From assembly GCA_014376435.1 (NCBI GenBank), contig JACMRL010000022.1, positions 44,634 through 108,633 of the forward strand: DNA of 64,000 bases, in the 5' to 3' direction. The notes under the pieces were generated by a model. That model did no database searches, was not told where the DNA came from, and saw nothing but the letters and a program-made list of their open reading frames with translations. Origin of the DNA: Bdellovibrio sp. Lineage in GTDB: Bacteria; Bdellovibrionota; Bdellovibrionia; Bdellovibrionales; Bdellovibrionaceae. The number at the start of each line of letters is the position of its first letter. Within the stretch, counting starts at the first letter, position 1. The position numbers and the translations under genes were made by a program. Positions 26,818 through 35,468 of the stretch are shown piece by piece.

Positions 26818-27887
26818 TATTCAACCTGACGAATATTGATTGAAGGACGGGCGATCTGAATATTATTTTTAGCTAAAAGATCAAACGCCGTTTTAAAAAC
26901 TTTATCGGCGATTACAAACTGACGACCGTAATTTTCAATAAAATAAATAAGCTTAATTGTAAAACCATAATCATTTGTCTCTTGCACAAAGGCAAAGGGC
27001 GCCGGAATTCCGCGAACGTCAGAGATCTGGCTAGCCGCTTGTTCTAAAATTTCAATCGTAGCTTTCATCTCAGTTCCGAAAGGAAATTTAAAAATTTGGC
27101 TACGTACGATGGGTTGACCTTCCGGAGAAAAATTTGAAACTTGTGATTGCGCCACTAGTTTATTTGGTAAGGTAATTAGCTCGTCGGTAAAACCGACCAG
27201 CATCGTCGAGCGCCAAGTTAGTTCTTTTACCTGACCCACAATTTTTACATTGCCATTCATGATTTCTAGCCAGTCACCAATTTCAAATGTCTTATCAATT
27301 TGTAAAGAAATTCCCGCAAATAAATTTCCTAAAGTATCTTGTAGGGCAAGACCCAGAATAATTGAAAATGCCGCCGACGTGGCTAATAGAGGGGTCAACT
27401 GCACTCCAAAAATTACGCTCACTGACCAAAAAGCAATTAAAATTGAAAGCACCAAAGAGAAAATATTAACGAGCAGCGAGGGAACTCCGGAACGCATCGA
27501 GCCTAAAAATAAATACTGCAAAACTAATAGCCGACAAGTGCGCACGAAAAAAATGGCGCCAGAAATATAAGTAACAATCGCAATGTAAGGTAGGCTTCGT
27601 CTTGCGTAATCCGATTCTGCCGACGACTGAGAAACTAAAAAATATACGCCGTACAAGACTGACATCGTGATAAAGTGGCGAAGTAATTGTTTTAAGTGAT
27701 TCGTGATATTAGCATGACGTTCGTTAGAAACTGTTTTTAGAAAAAAACGGTAAAATAAAAATGCAATGATTCCTAAAGCCGATAATAAAATAAAAGTCTC
27801 TAGATCAATGATTTGATAAAGTCTTTGTGTTTGGATCAATCGGTCATTCATAGTCGTTAAATCCTTTAAGCTGCAAGTGACAGTCAC
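26817..27887 (-). CDS. mechanosensitive ion channel (MscS family)
   Basis: N-terminal TM helices and the MscS beta-domain signature GDWLEI...GQVKELTWRSTML...ITLPNKLV. Confidence 0.8.
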   Translation of the reverse strand: MTVTCSLKDLTTMNDRLIQTQRLYQIIDLETFILLSALGIIAFLFYRFFLKTVSNERHANITNHLKQLLRHFITMSVLYGVYFLVSQSSAESDYARRSLPYIAIVTYISGAIFFVRTCRLLVLQYLFLGSMRSGVPSLLVNIFSLVLSILIAFWSVSVIFGVQLTPLLATSAAFSIILGLALQDTLGNLFAGISLQIDKTFEIGDWLEIMNGNVKIVGQVKELTWRSTMLVGFTDELITLPNKLVAQSQVSNFSPEGQPIVRSQIFKFPFGTEMKATIEILEQAASQISDVRGIPAPFAFVQETNDYGFTIKLIYFIENYGRQFVIADKVFKTAFDLLAKNNIQIARPSINIRQVE

Positions 27888-27978
27888 GTAAGCGTCTAAA
27901 CTTTAGACACATTTAAATATTTTTCAAGATATAAATTTTCAGACTTTGGGTCTATTAATTTGTGCTATTTTAACCTCA

Positions 27979-28602
27979 ATGAAACGTGGCATTTTTAACT
28001 TTATTCTAATTTTATCAGCGTTTAGCTTTTTGACTCGTGCTGCTCATGCGGCCAAGCTAATTCCGGGAACCCAGTTTTGTAGTAATATGCAGCTAATCGA
28101 TACACCAAAAGAATGGCAAGATGGCCAAGTTCCCACTTCGTTTAAAGCGGATCATTTAGTGGTTTCAAAAGAGCGTAAGAAACTTTATTTATTAAGCGAA
28201 GGACGTCTTATTAAAGAATACAAAGTTTCATTCGGCTTTAATTACAAAGACGGTGCAAAAGATCGCAGTGGCGATGGCCGTACGCCTGAGGGTTTGTACG
28301 AGATAAACTTAAAAAAAGCGAAAAACCAAACGGCTTACCATATGGCCTTACAAGTTTCTTATCCCAATAAATTGGATTTAGATTACGCAGCCATGAAGGG
28401 TTGGGACGCCGGCAGCGATATTCTTATTCACGGTCTTCCGTCTCGTCCGGTGGATCATTTAATCCCAGACGTCATCAAGAACGTTCATGCGTATCGTGAT
28501 TGGACTCAAGGCTGTATGGCCGTTACCAATCAAGAGATCGAAGAGATCTTTGAACTGGTTGAAACCTCAGTTCCCCTCGAAATTTGTCCTTTGCCTAACT
28601 AG
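27979..28602 (+). CDS. L,D-transpeptidase family protein (YafK-like)
   Basis: ATG at 27979 gives the signal peptide MKRGIFNFILILSAFSFLTRAAHA. Catalytic region ILIHGLP...TQGCMAVTN. Confidence 0.7.
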   Translation: MKRGIFNFILILSAFSFLTRAAHAAKLIPGTQFCSNMQLIDTPKEWQDGQVPTSFKADHLVVSKERKKLYLLSEGRLIKEYKVSFGFNYKDGAKDRSGDGRTPEGLYEINLKKAKNQTAYHMALQVSYPNKLDLDYAAMKGWDAGSDILIHGLPSRPVDHLIPDVIKNVHAYRDWTQGCMAVTNQEIEEIFELVETSVPLEICPLPN

Positions 28603-28669
28603 ACCTTCCTCGACGTCTTGTAGTCATTCTGCCAGAAGTCTCTTAGACTAAAGAGGTTGAGGAGACAGC

Positions 28670-29167
28670 ATGACAGAGACAGCTCTTAAAAAACCCACCG
28701 GCGTTTATTTTTTAGCAATTTTATTTTTGTTAGCACCTTTTGGAAATTTGCTGATCAGCTTTGCTGGTTCGGGAGTTTCAAATTGGCATGACATGAATGT
28801 GATGATTCCATTTTTGCAATCGGTACCGGCCGTAGACTGGTTGTGGCTGGGGCTTTTATTCATTACCGGCATTCTACTTTTTAGACCTCATAAATTAACT
28901 TGGTCATTAGCCTTAGTAACTTTATCTATTGTTTTAGCGATCAATGCATATCGCCTTTATCAAGCCGATACCAATTCAATCGACCCAACATTTTTAAAAG
29001 TTTTCTCCGTTTTAGCGATTGTTTGCACGCTAAGTATTTTAGTGATTGCGGCTTATTTTAGATTTCCATACCTAGACCGACGTGCCCAATGGATGTCGAA
29101 TCAGCCGAATGAAGACCGCAGAGGTTCTGATCGCGAAAAGAAATCAGAACGTCGAAAGGGAAATTAA
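28670..29167 (+). CDS. hypothetical membrane protein with a basic C-terminal tail
   Basis: 165 aa with 4 hydrophobic segments. Confidence 0.5.
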   Translation: MTETALKKPTGVYFLAILFLLAPFGNLLISFAGSGVSNWHDMNVMIPFLQSVPAVDWLWLGLLFITGILLFRPHKLTWSLALVTLSIVLAINAYRLYQADTNSIDPTFLKVFSVLAIVCTLSILVIAAYFRFPYLDRRAQWMSNQPNEDRRGSDREKKSERRKGN

Positions 29168-29297
29168 CTACACCTTGGTCTGTATCAAAACAAAACGTAA
29201 CATAATGATTTAAGTTTTAGTTAAAGTGTACCGAAAAGATAATGTGATAAATTTTGAGATAATGCTCAAGTAAAATCAGTACTTAAAGAGGTTTGAG

Positions 29298-31547
29298 ATG
29301 AAAATGAAGTCAAATAAAAATTCGCTACTAAAATGTCTAAGATGGACCGCTGCAAACTTGGCTTGGTCAGTGATGGCATTTTCGCCGGTAGCACTCGGTA
29401 AAGAAGCTGAGAATATTTCAAAGCAGAACCTAGAAAATTTTGTCAAAGAAACCGGATTAAATAAAAAAATCACTTTAGGTGAATACTGGCAAAAAGTTAA
29501 AGCAGATGCTCCGGCATTTTTGCGTAAAGATTTAGACGCATACATCGAAAAAAATAAGAATTTATTAATGCCGGAAGTAGTTGTTAAAACCGTTAAGGGC
29601 ACGGACGGAAAAATGGTTCCGGTTATGCAGATCACTGAAAACGGTAAAGTCAACACGGCGCAGTTTTTTGGAGAGAAAAATAAGTTTGTTAAATATAATA
29701 ATATCACTTTATCTGAACTTGATCTTCAGCGAGTAACTGATGTGGCGACGCGGATTGAGGCGAGCGATTACAATGTAAAGGTTGCGGCAGATGCTTATCG
29801 TACATCGGTGGGTGCGAAGCGCGATAAATTATCAAATTTTTCTCGTGATATGGCGCGCTTCAGCGGATTCACGCGCGTAACTCCGCAGTTGTGGAAAGCT
29901 CTTTCGATGAAAGAGCGTGCAGATATGATCATTACCATGCGTTTGATGAACCAATCAGCGCAAAAAGTATTAAGCCTTGAATCAGGTTCAATGAAGCCAG
30001 CGGCGCAAGGTGCTTCGATTGAAAACTACTATAAAGCTATTTTTGCTGATGCGAACGCTGCGACAAAAACTAAATCAGCGTACGTCGGAAGCAAAGCGGG
30101 TGAATCATGTGTGGTCGCAGGTTATATTGGTAGCTACCAAGAAATTTTAAATTACAAAAAACAAAAATCTTTATCTTGTTCGGTTGATAAGGGTATTGAA
30201 TCTTACAAAGAGCGCGCCGAATACGGCTTTATCACGCAAGCTAATCAAACATGCGTAAGTACAAAAAGTGTCGACCATGTTGCGTGTAACCCATTGATAT
30301 TTGGCTACCCAAAAGGCAGTCCAGCCTGCGTCGAGAAATACAAAGATGAATTTTCTAGAGCCACAACTTCTTGTGACGGGCAAAGTCGTTTATCAAGTTC
30401 AAAGTTAGAACAAATTCCGGGTAAAGATTATTCGAAATTAATGCCGCGCGAAAAACAGCTTGAAGCAATTAGAAATGATCAAATCGCTGAGAAATTTGAA
30501 TTGACCGAAAATTACTTAGCAGGTGTTTTAGCAGCAAAAAATAAATCAATGGCTGAAGCTTTAAAAGATGGAAAGTGGAGCCAAGGTTTAGAAGAAATGT
30601 TATCCAGTATCCAGGGCGGCTTCGAGGGCGAAATTGGAAAAGCGATCGCTATTTGCGAACAACGTATTAAAAATAATCCACAACAAGCAGATCCACAGCA
30701 AAAAGATGCGTGCGATCAATTACATCGTCGTTGGCTATTTACAGAGATGATTCAAATTAGATTGCGTAAGCAAGGTGGTTGTGATGCAAATGCAGTTTAC
30801 GTTGGTTCGGCTGATAAATTAGATTCAATTACTAAAAATCTTTGTAAATGTAATGATACGGGTAAATTAATTGCTCTAGGCGAAAAATGTGAATTAAGTG
30901 GTGGAGCAGTACCTCTTCCGGCGGTTCCGGCAGCGCCCGAAGTGTCGTGTGCAAGTCAATATGAAGGTGCCACGGGAATGAACGCAGACTGTCTGTGTAC
31001 GACAACGAATGCGTTACCCACCGAAGTTGTTCAATCAAAAAATACGAATATGGAAAATTATCCAGAGAATATAACGGCTTCGAGTGCGCCTAAATACACT
31101 TGTAGCAATTTTGATATTCCGTGGAAAGCAGTCGGGATTGGTGCGCTCGTAGCGCTTGGTCTTTGGTGGTTATTTAAAAAGAAAACAAATGATCAGCTGC
31201 TACAAGTGCAGCCACCACAAGTGCAGCAGCCAGCGGCTCCATTGTGTCTAGCGCCTAGAAATCCGGGTGCTCCTCCATGTACTTGTGGACCATGCGGCGC
31301 AGGTTTTGAAGTTTTAGATCCTAATGTTTGTCAGTGTGTGCCTAAACCGGTTATTCCCGGTTCAGTTCCCGTTCCTTGTTTAAACGGTTCGACGGCAGCC
31401 ACGGAAGCATTGTGTCCTAGATGTCCGGCGCCTTTTCAAGCTCAGCAGGTATCGATGCCCTCGACGCAGCGTCCGAATGGTTGCCCGAAGCCGAATGAAG
31501 GTAACAACGGGCAAAATAATAACGGTGGCAGCGGCGGCGTGAATTAA
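29298..31547 (+). CDS. large Cys-patterned exported protein with a single C-terminal TM helix and a Cys/Pro-rich tail (paralogue 1), unassigned family
   Basis: 749 aa. AAGAGG RBS, signal-like N-terminus, TM helix AVGIGALVALGLWWLF followed by KKK, and the tail CLAPRNPGAPPCTCGPCGAG...CQCVPKP...CPRCPAP. Clearly paralogous to the next gene. Confidence 0.7.
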   Translation: MKMKSNKNSLLKCLRWTAANLAWSVMAFSPVALGKEAENISKQNLENFVKETGLNKKITLGEYWQKVKADAPAFLRKDLDAYIEKNKNLLMPEVVVKTVKGTDGKMVPVMQITENGKVNTAQFFGEKNKFVKYNNITLSELDLQRVTDVATRIEASDYNVKVAADAYRTSVGAKRDKLSNFSRDMARFSGFTRVTPQLWKALSMKERADMIITMRLMNQSAQKVLSLESGSMKPAAQGASIENYYKAIFADANAATKTKSAYVGSKAGESCVVAGYIGSYQEILNYKKQKSLSCSVDKGIESYKERAEYGFITQANQTCVSTKSVDHVACNPLIFGYPKGSPACVEKYKDEFSRATTSCDGQSRLSSSKLEQIPGKDYSKLMPREKQLEAIRNDQIAEKFELTENYLAGVLAAKNKSMAEALKDGKWSQGLEEMLSSIQGGFEGEIGKAIAICEQRIKNNPQQADPQQKDACDQLHRRWLFTEMIQIRLRKQGGCDANAVYVGSADKLDSITKNLCKCNDTGKLIALGEKCELSGGAVPLPAVPAAPEVSCASQYEGATGMNADCLCTTTNALPTEVVQSKNTNMENYPENITASSAPKYTCSNFDIPWKAVGIGALVALGLWWLFKKKTNDQLLQVQPPQVQQPAAPLCLAPRNPGAPPCTCGPCGAGFEVLDPNVCQCVPKPVIPGSVPVPCLNGSTAATEALCPRCPAPFQAQQVSMPSTQRPNGCPKPNEGNNGQNNNGGSGGVN

Positions 31548-31565
31548 AATAACGAGGTTAGCACT

Positions 31566-33779
31566 ATGAAGTTAGATTTATTTAAATTTTCGAAATGGAT
31601 TTCTGCTTGGACAGCGGTCGCAAGTATGGTGTTTACACCGATCGCGATGGGTAAAGAGTCCGAAAAAATTTCGATGCAGATAATGCAAACGGTGTTAAAC
31701 GATACCGGTTTAAATAAATCGATGACCCTGGGCGCTTTTTACGAAAAAAATAAAGATTTACTTCCTCCGCGTTTGCAGAAAAAAATTGAACCGGTTGTTA
31801 TTAAATTTAAAAATCAAATCATGCCTACTTTCGAACTAGTAAGTCTTAAAGCCACGAATGGCCAAGTTGTGCCAACCCTCCGCATTTCGCAAAACGGCGA
31901 AAGTATGAATATGCAGTGGTTCGGCGAAGAAAACAGATACGTTAAATTTGGTAATACGAACTTAACCGAAATTGATATGATTAACTTCGATGATATGGTC
32001 GTACGTATTTTAGCTACGGATGAAAAACTTCGTAATCAAGTTACAGGCCCCATCAGTACAAAATCTAGAATAAATAAAAAATTTGCTCCGTACCCAGAAG
32101 TGAATACGCGTGAATGGGCTAGCATGTCTAATTTTGACAAAGCGGCTTACATCGTTAATTTAAGATTACTTTGGTTGGATGCAGAAAAAGTTTTAGCCGA
32201 AGTGAATGCTAAAAAAGGCAAAAAAACTTCGGGCAACTTTTTAGAGAAAAACGAACACTTTGTTAAACTGTTTTTCGGCGAAGAAGCCCGCGCGGCCGCC
32301 TTTGCAGACACTTGTATTGTCGCAGGTTACGTCGCTAAGTATGACAAAAAAACTCAAGTCTGCAGCCATCATTTAATTAATGAATTAGATGCGGCGACCG
32401 GCGCCCCTTCGCTTTATTCAAAAGCAAAACAACAGTGTACGGGCGGAAGCTTTTCATGTAACCCGGCTATTTTTGGTACCCCGAATGGTCAGGCAACCTG
32501 CGTAACCCCGGGAACGAATCAAGAATATCAAGAGGCCACTCTTTATAATGGTAAGTGTGAAAAACAAAGTCGTTTGCAGGCCGCGGCACCTAACTTTTTA
32601 AAAAGTGATGCAAAAGTAAAGGGTCGTTACGAATCTGAGAATGAAAAAATCTCAGATGAAATCAGAAGACAAAATGCCCAGACTGAACAAGCAAAAAATT
32701 CGTACGCGGCTACCGAAGAATATCTCATCGGTATTCTTAAGTTCAAAGGCCTCAATGTTTCAGACTTATCAGAAAAATCATTATTAGACGAAAAAGTAAT
32801 GGAACAAGTACTTGAAGCTAGAAATTCATTTAAAAATCAAATCGATATCGCCATGAAAGCCTGTGATGCAGAGTCGAAAGAATCACTGACTAATGATCGT
32901 CGACATGAAAAAAATTATTGGAAAGCTTGTGATAATTTAAAAAGTCGTTACTTGTTTGTTGAAGCTTATTTTGCTTCAAAATGTAAACAAGGTAAGTTAG
33001 ACGATGCCACGTTAAAATGTTCATGCGATGCACCGAAAGGTCCATCCGTTGTTCCGGGTGCTAAGTGTACCATTGAACCAACGGGGGCCGGCGCTGCTCC
33101 GTCCGCGGATATTTCTAAACCGGTGGTACCACGCGATTGTAAAAAGTATGGTTCAGTGCTTGGTATGGGGCCAGACTGTAAATGTGCGGGCGGCAGTGAT
33201 CCTTCTGAAACAGCTGCATCAACTGTTACTGGTCAAAAACAATTTGCTTGTAAAGATAAAGATGAAAAAGATCTTTCAGATAAAGACAAAGAAAAAGAAT
33301 GCACAGGAATTTTCTGTTCTTCTTTTTTAAAGAAATTGTTATGGGCAGGTGCTGCGATTGTCGGCGGAATTATTATTTACAAAGGTGTCCAGAAATATTT
33401 AGGTTTTAAAAAGCCAGAATTAAAATCACCGGGCGATGGTTGCCCAACGGGCGGAACGGCTCCGTGTGTGGCCGAATGTAAATCGCCCTATGCACGACAA
33501 GGTGATGGTACATGTAACGGTTGCGCGGGCTGCCCGGGACTTGGCCAGGTGGCTACGCCAGCGTCGGGTTGTAATTGCGTTACACAAACTGTTAACCCAG
33601 CAGTTACTTCGATAAAGTGTCCAGATAATACTTCTTGGAAACCAACTTTAGCAGAATGTCCTACGTACCCATGTGCAACCACGGTTCCACCAACTTCGTT
33701 TCAAAATCCACAGAATTGTCCGGCGCCAAGTAATGCAACTCCGACGTCAGGCACAGGTTCATCAGGTAAGGCTCGATGA
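31566..33779 (+). CDS. large Cys-patterned exported protein with a single C-terminal TM helix and a Cys/Pro-rich tail (paralogue 2), unassigned family
   Basis: 737 aa. Shares colinear blocks with paralogue 1, for example TGLNKSMTLG, CIVAGYVAKY, CNPAIFGTPNGQATCV, CEKQSRL and ACDNLKSRYLF. Confidence 0.7.
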   Translation: MKLDLFKFSKWISAWTAVASMVFTPIAMGKESEKISMQIMQTVLNDTGLNKSMTLGAFYEKNKDLLPPRLQKKIEPVVIKFKNQIMPTFELVSLKATNGQVVPTLRISQNGESMNMQWFGEENRYVKFGNTNLTEIDMINFDDMVVRILATDEKLRNQVTGPISTKSRINKKFAPYPEVNTREWASMSNFDKAAYIVNLRLLWLDAEKVLAEVNAKKGKKTSGNFLEKNEHFVKLFFGEEARAAAFADTCIVAGYVAKYDKKTQVCSHHLINELDAATGAPSLYSKAKQQCTGGSFSCNPAIFGTPNGQATCVTPGTNQEYQEATLYNGKCEKQSRLQAAAPNFLKSDAKVKGRYESENEKISDEIRRQNAQTEQAKNSYAATEEYLIGILKFKGLNVSDLSEKSLLDEKVMEQVLEARNSFKNQIDIAMKACDAESKESLTNDRRHEKNYWKACDNLKSRYLFVEAYFASKCKQGKLDDATLKCSCDAPKGPSVVPGAKCTIEPTGAGAAPSADISKPVVPRDCKKYGSVLGMGPDCKCAGGSDPSETAASTVTGQKQFACKDKDEKDLSDKDKEKECTGIFCSSFLKKLLWAGAAIVGGIIIYKGVQKYLGFKKPELKSPGDGCPTGGTAPCVAECKSPYARQGDGTCNGCAGCPGLGQVATPASGCNCVTQTVNPAVTSIKCPDNTSWKPTLAECPTYPCATTVPPTSFQNPQNCPAPSNATPTSGTGSSGKAR

Positions 33780-34333
33780 TCATTGATCAAACACCGGAGC
33801 CCCAAACAAAAAGGGCTCCACAAAAAACTATCATTTCTAAAGCTTTATTCCAGCGCTTCGACTTTGCCGAAGGCGCTAGCTTTCATCGTGGCCCGCAACG
33901 AAGATCGGGTCTTCAATTAGCTTTGTGGACGTGGTTATCGGCTGGGATTGATACTTTAGTTTTGATTTCGATGAGTTGCTTTTTTATGGTGATGTTTTCA
34001 TTTTTAATGCAGACGTCGGCAAAAAACGTATTAAATATTTTTATCAAACAGCCCGAGATAAAAACTTTATTTACCACTATTTTTTTAGTTAGCTTTTGGA
34101 TGTATCTGATCACGATGCGCGTTTTAATGAGTGCCTCCGTGGGAGAATGGACCTGTCAGTTAAGGTTGGGACAGCCAACCCAGCGCTTACACGTGAGTTA
34201 TATTTTGCGTGTGATGGCACGCACCTCATTGATTTTAATGACGGGTGTGGTGGTGCTTCCGCTTCTATCATTACTATTAAAACGTGATTTAGTCGGTGGC
34301 ATCACTGGAATTAAAATTTACTCGTTAAAATAA
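33776..34333 (+). CDS. RDD-family-like membrane protein
   Basis: ATGA overlap with the upstream paralogue. Has TM helices and the pattern SVGEWTCQLRLG...RDLVGGITGIKI, reminiscent of RDD domains. Confidence 0.45.
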   Translation: MIIDQTPEPQTKRAPQKTIISKALFQRFDFAEGASFHRGPQRRSGLQLALWTWLSAGIDTLVLISMSCFFMVMFSFLMQTSAKNVLNIFIKQPEIKTLFTTIFLVSFWMYLITMRVLMSASVGEWTCQLRLGQPTQRLHVSYILRVMARTSLILMTGVVVLPLLSLLLKRDLVGGITGIKIYSLK

Positions 34334-35440
34334 TTTTTCTAATAAGACGCAAGATTCAAAATGTGAAGTTTGCGGAAACTGATCAACAATCTTTATATCC
34401 TTAATTTGGTAACCGCTAGCTGCTAAAATTTTTAGATCTTGGGCCATGGACTCTGGAAAACACGAAATATAAATACAAGATTTTGCCTGCGTGCGGATGA
34501 CTTCGTGGGTGAATTTTTTTAAACCCGAACGCGGGGGATTTACCACGGCAAAATCGACGGGTTGCTGATTTGCGATCGATTTATTTTGAAAGTCGCCTAA
34601 ATTAATTTTTAGATTTTTACTTAAGCTACTTTTTTCCGCATTCAGCTTCAAATATTCTGTCGCCGATTCATCAGATTCAAAAACCTCTACATGGAAACCC
34701 TTGGATAAAAGTGGCAAGGTAAATTGTCCTAACCCCGGACCAAATTCAATCGCGGTGGTTTCAGAGCTTTTTGAATCTGTCCAACCCAATAAAATTTCGA
34801 TCATCTTTTTTGCCGAAAACCAAGAGGGTTGGGTAAAATCAGAGACTAAACCAAAAATAGGAATTTTTTGTAAGTCAGCCGTGTAACTTTCAAACCAAGC
34901 ATGTGGCTCTGGATCGGTGAGTCTTAAAATTCCGCCTACGATGGAAACTTTTTTACCTTTTTGTCCAACTTCAATATGAATATTTTTTTCTAACAAGTTA
35001 ATTAAAATACTTTTCTCAGCTAACAAATTTTTAATATCTAAATTAGAAAAATCTAACCAGCATCCGCGTTGTCCGCTGGGACCAATCCGCAAACGGGCCG
35101 AGCCTTTTTTAATCGGAAAATGAACCTGACGAAATTGGCTAAAAAAACTTTGTAGTTCAGGGCTAAGCTGTAAACACTGTTTGATATCGATTAAGTTTTT
35201 AGCCTGATCATAAAAACCCATCTGTTGAATTTGTTCATTCTGGATTGTAAAATCAAGACGATGTCTTAGTCCGTATTCTCCGCAGCTGATGAATTCAATG
35301 GCGGGATGCGAGATGTTTTCAGCGTCTAAAAGGCCTGACAGAGTGGCAATTTTTAATTTTTTTTGCTCTGCATAGCTTAAATTCCAATGTTTGCATCCTT
35401 GGCAGGCGGGGAAGTATGTACAGCTCATATTCGTTGACAT
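34325..35440 (-). CDS. SAM-dependent RNA (uracil-5)-methyltransferase, RlmD/TrmA family
   Basis: N-terminal Fe-S Cys cluster CTYFPACQGC, SAM motif IEFGPGLG, VVNPPRSG and the catalytic Cys context YISCFP. Confidence 0.7.
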   Translation of the reverse strand: MSTNMSCTYFPACQGCKHWNLSYAEQKKLKIATLSGLLDAENISHPAIEFISCGEYGLRHRLDFTIQNEQIQQMGFYDQAKNLIDIKQCLQLSPELQSFFSQFRQVHFPIKKGSARLRIGPSGQRGCWLDFSNLDIKNLLAEKSILINLLEKNIHIEVGQKGKKVSIVGGILRLTDPEPHAWFESYTADLQKIPIFGLVSDFTQPSWFSAKKMIEILLGWTDSKSSETTAIEFGPGLGQFTLPLLSKGFHVEVFESDESATEYLKLNAEKSSLSKNLKINLGDFQNKSIANQQPVDFAVVNPPRSGLKKFTHEVIRTQAKSCIYISCFPESMAQDLKILAASGYQIKDIKIVDQFPQTSHFESCVLLEKLF

Positions 35441-35468
35441 ATTTAACCCTCCTGATTAAAAAATAAGA

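Noticed and set aside
29276-29707. 143-aa ORF antisense to the 5' end of paralogue 1
   Set aside because: It overlaps the well-supported 749-aa gene, whose paralogue confirms the sense frame. It has no independent signal.
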